A model generated the notes under the pieces. The model was not told the origin of the DNA. It worked only from the letters and a program-made list of their open reading frames with translations, and made no database searches. The translations under genes were made by a program, and so were the position numbers. A stretch of DNA of 58,674 bases, taken from contig CAJFUR010000009.1 of assembly GCA_904420215.1 (NCBI GenBank), positions 1 to 58,674 of the forward strand. Direction: 5' to 3'. Below are positions 58,602-58,674 of the stretch, one piece after another. Positions within the stretch are counted from its first letter, which is position 1; each line of letters begins with the position of its first letter. This DNA comes from an uncultured Eggerthellaceae bacterium (lineage in GTDB: Bacteria; Actinomycetota; Coriobacteriia; Coriobacteriales; Eggerthellaceae).

Positions 58602-58674
58602 GTGCTCAAGTACATCCTCAAACGAATCCTCATGGTGATTCCCGTCTTGCTGGGTGTAACCGTCATCATCTTCC
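58602..58674 (+). CDS. Peptide ABC permease DppB/OppB-like, 5' fragment
   Basis: SD AAAGGA, then GTG-LKYILKRILMVIPVLLGVTVIIF running off the window end. Confidence 0.85.
   Translation, partial: MLKYILKRILMVIPVLLGVTVIIF

Overview
High-GC actinobacterial chromosome segment. The gene content and style suggest Coriobacteriia/Eggerthellaceae (inference). Most of the window is housekeeping or metabolic: obgE (partial), rpmA, rplU, polA, a four-gene group 3b-type [NiFe] hydrogenase operon, ndk, a TPR protein, cyclophilin, an RlmD-like methyltransferase, GNAT, GtrA, a hybrid histidine kinase, GT2, trpS, an ECF sigma/ABC cassette, AddAB-like helicase-nuclease, a DEAD-box helicase, an UgtP-like glycosyltransferase, a fused FAD oxidoreductase with a DUF1667-like partner, infC-rpmI-rplT, a CPA1 antiporter, a FetAB-like ABC pair and a peptide ABC transporter. 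Five single tRNA genes are present. A low-GC island after tRNA-Glu carries a double-domain adenine methyltransferase and an AlwI-family type IIS endonuclease with an extra C-terminal Tudor-like domain. The least explained signals are non-coding: a ~170 bp structured element with covarying stems that abuts TAG stop codons (2 copies), a ~180 bp repeat attached to tRNA 3' ends, a 59 bp palindromic element whose arms bracket the RM island, an orphan CsoR-like operator and a two-repeat CRISPR-like unit. Many long ORFs in the track are GC-rich antisense artefacts. All calls come from reading the sequence by eye; no searches were run.
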